NCBI GenBank assembly: GCA_008369845.1
Contig: MRSU01007535.1
Location: 1-36,338, forward strand
DNA: 36,338 bases
Direction of reading: 5' to 3'
Origin: Trichomonas gallinae
Taxonomy: Eukaryota
Below the pieces are notes generated by a model. That model was not told the DNA's origin, did no database searches, and saw only the letters and a program-made list of their open reading frames with translations. Shown here one piece after another: positions 22,301-31,472 of the stretch. A program made the position numbers and the translations under genes. Positions within the stretch are counted from its first letter, which is position 1, and each line of letters begins with the position of its first letter.

Positions 22301-23611
22301 AAACAACAAGTCGAGAACCTACAGAAGGACCAGACGACACTCAAAACATCTGAAGTGCAACGCCTTCAAGATGAACTTGCGAACGCGAAACAGCAAAACA
22401 AGCAGCTCAACGGTGATATCGAGAAACTAAAAACAGACTCTGACGCGAAAGAAAAGTCAATTAAGCAGCTTAAGGACAAGAATAAGCAGTTTAAGACTGA
22501 TGCTGACGTAAAAGAGAAGCAGAATTCAGAGTTGATTGCAGAAGTCAAAGCGAAAGAAGCTCAGATACAAGAATTGAAGAACCAGCAACAAAAGAATGAC
22601 AAGCAAATCAAAGAACTCAAAGATGAATGCGAAAATCTAAGAAATGATAAGAATAGGACACAGAATGAAGTAACAGACAGGCTTAATAAGAAAGTTGAGC
22701 AACTGATGAGTGAAAAAGCTGAATTGTCAAATAATGTCTCGAAACTGAAAAGTGAAATAGAAAAGCTGAAAGCTGAGATTGAGAGATTAACTGCTGAGCT
22801 TGACAAACAGAAGAATTTGAACTCTAAGTCTAAATCGTTCGTAAATGACTATTTCAACACAGTCAGGAAGATAGAAAGCGAATCATTCGGTTTAAAGAAA
22901 GAACTCGATTCAAGGACAAGCTTGAGAAAGAAATTCAACTCTTTGCTGACGAGCAGAGAAGAAATAGACACAATCAGCAAGAAATATGGGCAGCTACAAG
23001 TCTTGTATAACGAGCACCAAGAGGATAAATACGTGCAATATGAAGGAAAAGAAATGGAAGTCTCTAAAATTCCGCAGATTTTGGAAGAAACTAAAAAAGC
23101 TTATGAAGAAAAAATCGATTTATTCTTCAAGCAGACAGTCTTAGTTGTCTACAATGAGAATGTTAAACTCATTGAAGCTGTCAACTACTACAAAGAGGCA
23201 GCAGCAATAACAAACGAAGAGAGGAGAGAGAGCATCAAAAAGATGCAAGAAATTATTAAAGAAAATGAGTCATTGGTGAATGGAGAAAAACCAACAGACG
23301 CAAAAGCTAAGAACGAGAGCTACCAACAGAAGCTTGTTGCGCTTGAGATGGAACGCAATGCGATGCTGACAGAGCTGGAGAAGCTTGAGTCTAGACTGAA
23401 GATCAACGCCAAAGAAAAGAAGGCAGCAATTGTAGAAAGATTGGATGCTGTGAGGAATTCGATGGAAAGGCAACTCAAGGAGGCCAAAGCTTGCTATGAC
23501 CTCAAGAAGATCCCCGATGATCCAAAGGCTTACGTTTCTTCAATGAAGAATGAAATTGTGAACGACGATGAGGATGAATACAGCTACGATGATTATGGAT
23601 ATGATGAATAA
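19352..23611 (+). CDS. Large coiled-coil protein (1419 aa; myosin-tail / A-type-inclusion-like composition)
   Basis: Helical globular N-terminus (~260 aa), then ~1100 aa of K/E/N/Q/L heptads and an acidic Tyr-rich end. No motor domain or SMC Walker motifs seen. Confidence 0.85.
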   Translation: MRTSLSSSSSRGGDRDSANFKSLIKELKDKIQKFPLIPQDKDSIEPLLQNFEAAGSNFMKRHDKSLLTGVYVAWSSFKRVFQKFAKANYVDLVHIYLDFEITEFNKIMTEVIENIQTDSTEIQALMKDEPKRVQKLFKTSEKLPSLINDNADDGFRDILSQAYQIFENFRSILLSQYKVLFEVTKISNFDTKAKASMATFYINNCCGLLLDPKTHKANKNSALFENYWIQGFHTPVWNALIEKAEKIIAKLFGDIYAVVNSGPPSVVSQKPYPVDTESSDTEDIPDKNEYLSNAKLDTISRQIRELRAVADTIEEEVSEANRKIDQNKLQQLTKQQLEEENKKLALESSQLNASYESLSGDKVRLQSVLNAALQRIKNDGGDFDFADEIAALQKERDNFAARGDYLEKQLQRERMHTSKLMAASDIESGVVPNDKTLDEVWNLYIAVVKENESRREKEKENMEEIIKLKQKIGETEQLEADRDEAYKQINKLTNELNATKITLNKVQSEIGLEKVLKMLGNIESYVKSDNTEELIQLREENKNLREKLSKAKDRIEKLRKEIENNLESDKEEHKELTSKVNSLTAENAQLKSAYQNAKDNLKDYEKLKANLQNLQDEARTLESQKSSIEGKLASSENMIKSLREELDKRNSQITALSAAANNEKLREMYEKERDDNKILSQQVTDLRSKLSASEAIIKELQGNHGDLTSDNKEMRDTITQLKENLAQLKAELKKSNEELEKVKSENSKLNSQSKNAESNAQQIQDKLDKAEKESKKAKKDLENLVKDFQKLSEEAENLRKDKSENDKLKDEASAKSSQLEKLNKDITQIKEDMQRKDDKIKELKEKKRKLKEDISRLILQTQNLQRDVDLSNRNITDKSSNLQKLTQENSDLKAENISLQKDLQKVKEDSEKLKAENERISENVAALQKDIDNKKKDNNDLKNENFSIKADYQKLKSEIDRTMKENEDQKNSLEKKSSKIKSLKQQVENLQKDQTTLKTSEVQRLQDELANAKQQNKQLNGDIEKLKTDSDAKEKSIKQLKDKNKQFKTDADVKEKQNSELIAEVKAKEAQIQELKNQQQKNDKQIKELKDECENLRNDKNRTQNEVTDRLNKKVEQLMSEKAELSNNVSKLKSEIEKLKAEIERLTAELDKQKNLNSKSKSFVNDYFNTVRKIESESFGLKKELDSRTSLRKKFNSLLTSREEIDTISKKYGQLQVLYNEHQEDKYVQYEGKEMEVSKIPQILEETKKAYEEKIDLFFKQTVLVVYNENVKLIEAVNYYKEAAAITNEERRESIKKMQEIIKENESLVNGEKPTDAKAKNESYQQKLVALEMERNAMLTELEKLESRLKINAKEKKAAIVERLDAVRNSMERQLKEAKACYDLKKIPDDPKAYVSSMKNEIVNDDEDEYSYDDYGYDE

Positions 23612-23781
23612 AAGTGTTTAATGTTTTTTGTTTTTTGTTAATCGATAATATATTTTTATTTCAAAAATTCAGACTTAAAGCTTATTTAGAAAATCTACTG
23701 CACCTTTTACAGAATAGAGAAAAAGTTGTAACATATGATTCATTCATGTATTCAGAATGATACTTGAATAAATGCCTTAAT

Positions 23782-24488
23782 TTAATAATCATAGCAAGGA
23801 GGTTGTATTAAATGAGTAAAAAGCAAGAATCTATGCCAGAAATGATGGAGGGATCGAACGGTACATTCACGGCATTTACAAGCACTTAACTCAGATTTTG
23901 GGCATTCGATTTCGAAAATTTGCCAATTAAAGAAATTTTCATTCGTGGTTTCGCGCTCATTTGAGAAAACAACTGAATTCTTATTATCTAGAAAACAATC
24001 TGTCACAAATATATCAAAACTTTCATTAGCAAAAAAAGCGTATTGATAATTATTTCCGACAAGGCAACACTGTGAAACTTTAATCTTCTCAATGTATTAC
24101 TCATATGTATATATATGCATTGAGCTTTCCAATTTGTGTAGCATTTGCTTGATGCGATTCCTTCATTAATGCATTATTTTCCAGCAATAATCATGAAACA
24201 ACTACCGGGATTATATAATTTAGTACAGCAGGTGTATGAACAAAATTCATGAAGAACGCATGCATTATCTTCGACAATTGAAATTACGACAAAAGTATCG
24301 ATATTTTTGAATATACATGTACTGATCAAATAATTTCCTTTTGTTTGATTTGGCCTATGTGTTTGTCCAAAATAAATTGAATAATTCGAGTCTGTATAAT
24401 ATTTACACCAAGATTTATAAATAAAAATGTTGATGTTCTCGAGTTGAAAAACTTTGATTAAAATTCATCTTAAATATAAACAAATCAT
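23782..24488 (-). pseudogene. Disrupted gene of a Cys-spaced beta-rich hypothetical family
   Basis: MICLYLR*ILIKVFQ...KSWCKYY...GNYLISTCIFKN...VLHEFCSYTCC...GSCF, then frameshifts to CINEGIASSKC and IKVSQCCLVGNNYQYAFF...VTDCFLDN...CRECTV, ending at TAA 23782. Confidence 0.6.
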
Positions 24489-24786
24489 GAGGCAAAAAGA
24501 ATTATGATACTTTAAAAAAGCGTCCTCTCGATGTCTCATGCATCTATCATGATTGAATGTTTTGTAAATTTCAGAATTCTTAACGTCTTGTGCCGTTGCA
24601 AATTGAAAAACAAGTTATTATTTTCAAACGTTATTTCTTTGCTTAAACTCATAAGACAATGGAATGATTAGCATTTTATTTGTATTATGTGAAGAAAAAT
24701 TGACAATTATAATAATTTTTTAAAAAAATCGAGTTTTGACACAGTATTTATAAATATGTTTTATCATTCAAGGTTGTATCAACCTT

Positions 24787-26043
24787 TTAAACAAAATCAG
24801 AGTATTTGCTGGAAACCAAAGGCTCATCGAAGATTTTGCCCATTTCCTTTCCGTGTGTATCTGGGAGAAGTGTGAGGCCGAACAAGAATGCGACGAAGCA
24901 GATTCCAGAGAAAATGGCAATAGAGATGCCGAAGTAAAGGTACTTGCTCAAGATCGGCCAGATGACCATGACAATGGCAGCGAAGAGCCAGTTGAGGGAT
25001 GTCATCAATGATGTCGCCATTGCTCTGACTGAGTCGGTGAACAATTCTGGAGTGATAACCCATGGAATTGGGCCAAGACCGAGTCCGAACATAAGGTTGT
25101 CTGTGACCATCATGATGGCTGGGATGATGTTGGACCACTTGAACCAGTAGTTGAGTGCGGCAACAAGCAAACAAGCGGCGCAGAAAAATGATGAAACGTG
25201 CCATGCAGGGCGATGACCGATCCATGCAACGAGAGGTGCGGAGACTCCTGTGGCAATGAGCCCGGATAAACCGACGTAGAATGCTGCCCAGGCTGGTTCG
25301 ATACTTGATCCTGCATCGTGGAAAATCTGATTAAGGTTGGAGAGGAATCCATTGCAGCCGGAGAACTGCTGGAAGAACATGAGGCAAACGGAGATGGCAA
25401 TTGGCTTAGCGAACTTACGAGAACGTAATTTTTCTTGTGGAATTGGTGTATATCCGTTTCCACCGGCTCCAGCTTGTTCAGAGCGTGGTGATTCTGGTAT
25501 GCAGTTGATGAAAATGATGAGAATGAATGGAGCAGCTGCAAGTGAAAGAGCAAGATATCTCCAGTTGAGCCAAATTCCTAAGAAATAGCAGAGGCAGGCT
25601 CCGATAACTACACCAAACTGATGTAAAATGCCGTATGAGCCGCGTACGTCAGTTGGAGAAATTTCGGTAATATAAAGCGGACAAACTGTAGAAAATGAAC
25701 CAACTGTTAAGCCAACGAGTGCGCGACCGATGAATGCGAATATCCAAAGCTTTTCATCAGCAAATGGAATGAGCAACCATCCGATTACAGCTGTAATTGC
25801 TGTAAGTATTGTTGTGTAGCGTCTTCCGAGTTTGTTGATTGGGATATGAATGAATGTCGGCGTAATGATGCCCATAATAGCTGGCAATGTGTTGAAAATC
25901 GTTCCTTCGGCTGTGTTGAATTTCAGATCTCGACTCATGAGCTCAGCTGTTGGACTCCAGTAAGCCATGGTCTCGCCGAAGTTCATGGAGCCAAGCATAA
26001 TAACAAAAACATATAGAAGCTCTTTTTGACAGAACTGAACCAT
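24787..26043 (-). CDS. Major facilitator superfamily sugar porter (GLUT/ERD6-like)
   Basis: LGRR loop, PLYITEISPTDVRG, PESPR, FFQQFSG, GLGPIPWVITPELF, LPDTHGK; about 12 hydrophobic segments. Confidence 0.93.
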   Translation of the reverse strand: MVQFCQKELLYVFVIMLGSMNFGETMAYWSPTAELMSRDLKFNTAEGTIFNTLPAIMGIITPTFIHIPINKLGRRYTTILTAITAVIGWLLIPFADEKLWIFAFIGRALVGLTVGSFSTVCPLYITEISPTDVRGSYGILHQFGVVIGACLCYFLGIWLNWRYLALSLAAAPFILIIFINCIPESPRSEQAGAGGNGYTPIPQEKLRSRKFAKPIAISVCLMFFQQFSGCNGFLSNLNQIFHDAGSSIEPAWAAFYVGLSGLIATGVSAPLVAWIGHRPAWHVSSFFCAACLLVAALNYWFKWSNIIPAIMMVTDNLMFGLGLGPIPWVITPELFTDSVRAMATSLMTSLNWLFAAIVMVIWPILSKYLYFGISIAIFSGICFVAFLFGLTLLPDTHGKEMGKIFDEPLVSSKYSDFV

Positions 26044-26319
26044 ATTTTTTTGATCAAAAATTTGTTGTCACTTTTAATGCGTCACGTTTCTCAGCCATTT
26101 GGCATCTTTTTTTGTTTCTTTTGTAAACATATTTTTAGGTCATATAAATGTATTCTACTGCCTCTAATAATAAAAGTTATCAAGTTTAATTATATAATTG
26201 TCGATAAAATTATCTAAATTAAAACAATATCAATCAAAAATTACTATTATGCGTAAGGTTTATATAAGAAATTGTCATACTATCATTACTGTATATCTTT
26301 GTAATATCTATGAAGATTA

Positions 26320-26570
26320 GACATCAAGAAAACAAGATATTTCGGAATAAATAATTTAAAAAAACACTCTCGGAATGCAAGATCTTGTTATAACACCTGA
26401 TATATAAGGTTCTTGGATTCTATGATTCGGTAGCAATATTATGCAGTTGACAATGCATCTATTAACATTGTTAATTTAGTCATTGATGCGGGTATTGTCA
26501 AATGAAATCCTTTTGAAAAGTAAAATCCAAAATGGTGCATTCAAATTTCCTGCCTCTTGTGTATTAGCAT
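26320..26570 (-). pseudogene. Possible decayed BspA-like LRR relic
   Basis: Minus-strand fragments LTIPASMTKL and QDLAFRECFFKLFIPKYL resemble TpLRR units, but in broken frames. Confidence 0.3.
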
Positions 26571-26867
26571 CCCTATAGTTTCTAAATTGTATATCATGAA
26601 TATGATGATCTAAGTTTAACTAGAAAATATCCAATTTAATTTTGAATGAATGTAATGTAAAGTTGGATGGATTATTTGAGGAAAGATATTTTTGGTCTCT
26701 ATAAGTTCTATTTCAGTTGTGATAAAGCATTATTTCATTCTTTTTTAATCAATGACAAATATTTTAAATTTACATTGTCAGATTCATGAAAATTGAGATG
26801 TCAAATTATATTTATGACATGTAAAATGAACAAAATGACATGTAATGTTGATTTGTTAATTTTTTGA

Positions 26868-27706
26868 ATGAGTCAAGAAGATTTTCAGCAAATTCCTAGG
26901 AATATGTTAGATTGTCAAAACGCTCAAGCAAGGGACTGCTTGAATTCGCTTGCTAATGGTTATTATACTAATAAAAAGGGCGAAAATGTTGAAATAGATT
27001 ATAAATATTGTTTAACTAATACAAAATCATATCCACCGTATTACGAATATAAAAATATCAAAGAAGATGGTGGATGTAAGGGAATTATACAATTGCGCGT
27101 TGAATCTACACTAGATGCGTGCCATCGATTAGTTGTTATTGAAGGGAAAGAAAATGTGTGTGCACTTAACTTTGCTAACCCTTTCAAACCAGGAGGTGGT
27201 TTTGATGTAAATGCAAGAGCTCAAGAAGAAACACTTTGTAGATCATCTGCTTTATACTGGTCATTGATACAGAAATTTGACTTCTATGAATATCATATTA
27301 AGCAAAATAAGCCGGAATCATCAAGTTATACAATATTTTCTCCAGAATGTCCAACATGGAAACTAGGTGACTATTCAAAGCTCGACAAGCCATATTTTGT
27401 ATCATATATAACATCAGCAGCAGTTATAAATCGTGAAACACTGGATCGTAACTATGCGATTTCATGTAATGATGAAAAAATTCGCCAAATTTTACTCACA
27501 GCAATAGAGAATGGTGTAAAGCATATAATTCTTGGTGCATATGGATGTGTGCATTTTGTAATGATCCTGAAGACATTGCAAAAATTTTCAAAAAATATTT
27601 AATAGATCAAAACCTTAAATCACACTTCGATGAAATTGTATTCTCAATCATTGGCCACACCACTACAAACTACGATGTTTTCTCAAAAGTTTTCAATGAA
27701 TGTTAG
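26868..27706 (+). pseudogene. Microbial-type poly(ADP-ribose) glycohydrolase (TIGR02452/DUF2263-like macrodomain) with a 1-nt frameshift
   Basis: LNFANPFKPGGGFDVNARAQEETLCRSSAL carries the GGG-x-QEE signature. ILGAYGC then shifts frame at ~27549; restoring one G gives GAFCNDPEDIAKIF...FDEIVFSI...NYDVF to TAG 27706. Confidence 0.8.
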
Positions 27707-28070
27707 ATTCTATCACTAAAGACATGAAATTGAAACTATATTCATTATTTTTCTGAGAAAAATAATTAATGGCAGCTAAAGTTACAGATAAAACCAAAAA
27801 TAAAAAATAAAATATTGGCTGCTCTTCAAATAACTGCATACATGTATTGTACATCATATATATGTTTGAATGTATGGTGTTAAAACTATTGATTTTGTTG
27901 AATAAATATAGTTTATAAATTTTTGACATTTGACATATTTTTGATGAATTTTGTGATGATTTGCCTTGTAAAATTTGTTTTTGACATCTGATAAAATCTG
28001 ACGAAATTTGAATTTATTTGCTTTGTAAAGTCTAATTTTTGATTTTTGTCAAATATATTTGACACAAAAT

Positions 28071-30611
28071 ATGAGTGAGACTGTTACTGAGAAATCTCCT
28101 CATGACGATGTCAATACTAAGATAAATGATAGTAATATAGACATTTCCGACAATAAATCTGAAAATCAGCAGCAAGTTAATAAAAATATTGACCAACAAT
28201 TAGCAAGTTCATTTTATAACAATAAAATACCATCACCTGTTGATTTTTTGACATACAGTGAATTCGAGAGCGATGTTAAACAATGGTATATGGAAAATTC
28301 AGCTCGAATTGAAGGAATTCCTCAAAATCCAATCTCATTTACATATTACAGACCGCCTACTAAGTCTGAATTAGTTAAACCAACAATAGCATCTAGATTA
28401 ATTGATGTTAGAGCAGATAATTCGATTTGGTTTCAAGATATGTTAATAAATTCATCCGAAATAGATCCTACAGCACAATTACCGCATAAAATTAAAAACA
28501 AAAATCTTCCAGTTTCGCAAATTTTTGAAGATAAATCTTATTTAGCAGAATTCACTCCACCAAATCCGAATCCAAACATGTTTTCTGATTACAAATCATA
28601 TACTGAAGCATCTCTCAAATGGAGAGATTCTATTTCAGAAAAATACCCAAAAAATAATAATTTCGAAATAATTATGCGTAAATTTCCAAAATATGAAGAT
28701 AACGTGAAATATAAGTATACTCCAAATACAGAAAGGCCAAAGAATGACATCGATCCAAGATTTTACAATATCCCTAAAAATAAAGACGAAATTAAAATCG
28801 GACAAATTCTTTCCGACTTATATCTTACAATAAAAATGAATAAGTCGTGTAAATATGGCATAACTCCTCAAGGAATTGCGATTTTCGATCAATATAAGGT
28901 TATTAATACATCAATTGCGAAATTAAAAGTAGAAAAAGTATTAGATTCACTTACTGATCCATCTTCTCCAGCATTATTTGCGCCTCTCAACGAAAATTTT
29001 TATTATATTCGAAATATTCTTTCATCCATTGAAAATCAATATTCGTATATTGATGACCCTAAAAAGCAACTTACACAGACAGATTTTATTTGCGCTCTTG
29101 GACTAATTCACAAAAATACTTCTTTTTTGTACTTTGCGAAACTATTGGATACTTTCAAAAGCATGTTTAACTCGAGAAATTACGGATCTCTTATGACTTT
29201 ACTTCAAAATACTCACAATTTAATAATGTTAGGTTATATTATAACAGTAATAACGCAAAAATCGTTTGCTAGCTATCTTGATTACGTAATGGACACATGG
29301 CCGTTTGAAATAAGTGATCAAATTCTAAAACACGCAGTTCATGTTTTAATTCAGAAAAATGTCACGAATTTAATTTTAAATTACTTCATATCTATTAAAG
29401 CATCAAATGAGCAGCTTTCTTTAGCCAAAGACATGCATAAAGCAGCCAATTCTCAAGTAGAAATTCTTTTTCAATCATTCAAACCGAACTTGAGCAAATT
29501 TATGACATCAGGTTTATCCACAAAAGGCATCAGAATGACAGTATCAGTTTTAAATCTGCTCCTTGACTGTAATTCGGATTTAGTTTATGAATTTATTATT
29601 TCGATTCCTGGGTTTTTCAGATTGCTCAACAATATATCTATGCAAAGCCCAAATGATTTCATGAAAATTGTTCTTCCTTTCTACAAAATTAAAGAAAATA
29701 CAATTCTTTTGCAGCGAGTTTTCGTTAATTACATTCCATTTGCTCCATTGGATGAGTTTGACTGCTATTCTCCACTGATGCTAGGCATGATTAGCGTTCT
29801 TTTCTCAATGAATCCAAATATTTATATTTTTCCTGATTACGACTGGATATCTACACTTTTTACTCATCTTATACAAAACAACTGCGAGCATTCGTCATAT
29901 ACTTTGTACACAATAAGTACATATTTATATACACTAGCCTCTAATCCAAAATCAAAAATTGATCCATCAGTTGTGTTCAATTCTATTTCATTTGTTGCTG
30001 CAGGTTTACAGGCACAGGTGATATCTCCATATTATATGCGAGCTTTCGGAAAGCTCCTTATTTTGCCTCAATCTCAAGATTTTATTGTTTCAAGCGACCA
30101 ATGGTTCCTCACTCTCATCAGACACACTGAGAGCCCTAATTACGATACTCAGAGATATGCATGGCGCACACTTCACGCTTTTGTTGATGGACATATGAAT
30201 CATTTGCCGATTCTTTTCAAATCAAAGCAAGTTCAGAGCTCTTTCGCGGTGGCTTTGAACAGCTGCACAACTACAGGCCTCATGGAGATATTTTGGATGT
30301 TTACTTGCATTTTTGAGAAAAACCTCAAATCTCAGCAACAAATTTCGAAGCAAGGGCAGGCCACAAGTGTTTTCTTTGGCATACAAAACATCCATCCTGA
30401 CCTAATTTTCTTCTGCGACATTTTTATTGATAATGGATTCAAACTCGAGGAATACATTTCAAAATTGCTTTCAGGTTCTGGACCAGAGCATAATGCTGCA
30501 AAAACTGTCCTCACTCGCTTCAAGAGGGTCTTCAGCGAGCGTAGATACATGAGAGGCCTTCTTGAGCGTGAAGCTAATGCAGTGCTGTCATCTTCACCAC
30601 GTCAAATATAA
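28071..30611 (+). CDS. Hypothetical protein with N-terminal P..F..Y.....W repeats and a helical (ARM/HEAT-like) C-terminal region
   Basis: 846-aa ORF from ATG 28071; IPSPVDFLTYSEFESDVKQW and PNPNMFSDYKSYTEASLKW repeats; Leu/Ile/Phe-rich helical remainder. Confidence 0.8.
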   Translation: MSETVTEKSPHDDVNTKINDSNIDISDNKSENQQQVNKNIDQQLASSFYNNKIPSPVDFLTYSEFESDVKQWYMENSARIEGIPQNPISFTYYRPPTKSELVKPTIASRLIDVRADNSIWFQDMLINSSEIDPTAQLPHKIKNKNLPVSQIFEDKSYLAEFTPPNPNPNMFSDYKSYTEASLKWRDSISEKYPKNNNFEIIMRKFPKYEDNVKYKYTPNTERPKNDIDPRFYNIPKNKDEIKIGQILSDLYLTIKMNKSCKYGITPQGIAIFDQYKVINTSIAKLKVEKVLDSLTDPSSPALFAPLNENFYYIRNILSSIENQYSYIDDPKKQLTQTDFICALGLIHKNTSFLYFAKLLDTFKSMFNSRNYGSLMTLLQNTHNLIMLGYIITVITQKSFASYLDYVMDTWPFEISDQILKHAVHVLIQKNVTNLILNYFISIKASNEQLSLAKDMHKAANSQVEILFQSFKPNLSKFMTSGLSTKGIRMTVSVLNLLLDCNSDLVYEFIISIPGFFRLLNNISMQSPNDFMKIVLPFYKIKENTILLQRVFVNYIPFAPLDEFDCYSPLMLGMISVLFSMNPNIYIFPDYDWISTLFTHLIQNNCEHSSYTLYTISTYLYTLASNPKSKIDPSVVFNSISFVAAGLQAQVISPYYMRAFGKLLILPQSQDFIVSSDQWFLTLIRHTESPNYDTQRYAWRTLHAFVDGHMNHLPILFKSKQVQSSFAVALNSCTTTGLMEIFWMFTCIFEKNLKSQQQISKQGQATSVFFGIQNIHPDLIFFCDIFIDNGFKLEEYISKLLSGSGPEHNAAKTVLTRFKRVFSERRYMRGLLEREANAVLSSSPRQI

Positions 30612-30904
30612 TATATAACCTGTTAATTCATGTTTTACATGTAATTATTAGATATTCAGCAAAAAACTCAACATTATATTGCGTTTATACCATATTTTAT
30701 TTGTTTTGTTTGTTCTTTTATCTTGTTACTGATAAATTTTGTTATTTATATTATTAAATCTTTATTATTATTATTTATATTTTTTACGATAAAATCTCAA
30801 CAATTTCTTGCGTTAGCACCTTTGCTCGGTACAATATAAACTAAATTTCAAAATAAGGCATAGTATAAGTGATGCAAACTCTATAATCAGTGATTATGAA
30901 TTTT

Positions 30905-31026
30905 TTTTGCCAAATTTCTAGTTTATGTGTCAAATATTTTTTTGTTTGTCAAATTGATGGTTTATATGTCAAATATGTATTTTTTTGTCATGTTTATAGT
31001 TTATGTGTCAAAAATTTAAATTGTCA
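30905..31026. repeat. 39-bp tandem repeat (3 copies) of phased TGTCA sites
   Basis: GTTTATRTGTCAAA at 30921, 30960 and 30999; TGTCA at 30928, 30947, 30967, 30986, 31006 and 31022. Confidence 0.8.
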
Positions 31027-31075
31027 AGATTTTATGAAAACCGCCAAAATTAACGTCCAGAATTTCATTTTTTTA

Positions 31076-31339
31076 ATGTGGAGTTTTAACTCTAATTTTT
31101 CGATCTATTCTTCAAGCCAGCCTGTTAAAAAGGAGGGATTTACCAATAGAATCCCTATGCAGAACATTACTAATAGAAATTCTTACTTCGGAGCTCCAGA
31201 GAAGATGTATCCGCAAATGCAGCAAATGGAAAGACCTGCCGTGAACTTCCAATTCCAAGCTGCTGACACCATTGACGAAGACATAATGTACATGCAATCT
31301 TATAATAACAGTAACGCCAATAATGATATTGATTGGTAA
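31076..31339 (+). CDS. Small (87 aa) disordered protein with D-box-like RIPMQNITN
   Basis: Inr-like TCATT at 31065-31069 before ATG 31076; coding-like GC content. The upstream 62 codons in the ORF track are translated promoter repeats. Confidence 0.65.
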   Translation: MWSFNSNFSIYSSSQPVKKEGFTNRIPMQNITNRNSYFGAPEKMYPQMQQMERPAVNFQFQAADTIDEDIMYMQSYNNSNANNDIDW

Positions 31340-31472
31340 TTCTTTGATTTCGAAAGTTTGTTGTTTGTAAATTGTTGCATTATTTTATTACGGAACTGAT
31401 TATTGTTTCTTGAGCCTATTTTTTGTAATTTATTATTTTTGTCATATAATTAATTTACATGTCAAAAATAAA

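Noticed and set aside
19352..23611. SMC, myosin or kinesin identity for the large coiled-coil
   Set aside because: No Walker A/B, hinge or motor motifs seen; similarity would be compositional only.
30890..31075. Repetitive N-terminal extension (FFCQI..L.VKY) of the 149-aa ORF
   Set aside because: It is the translation of the 39-bp TGTCA DNA repeat; an Inr-linked ATG sits at 31076.
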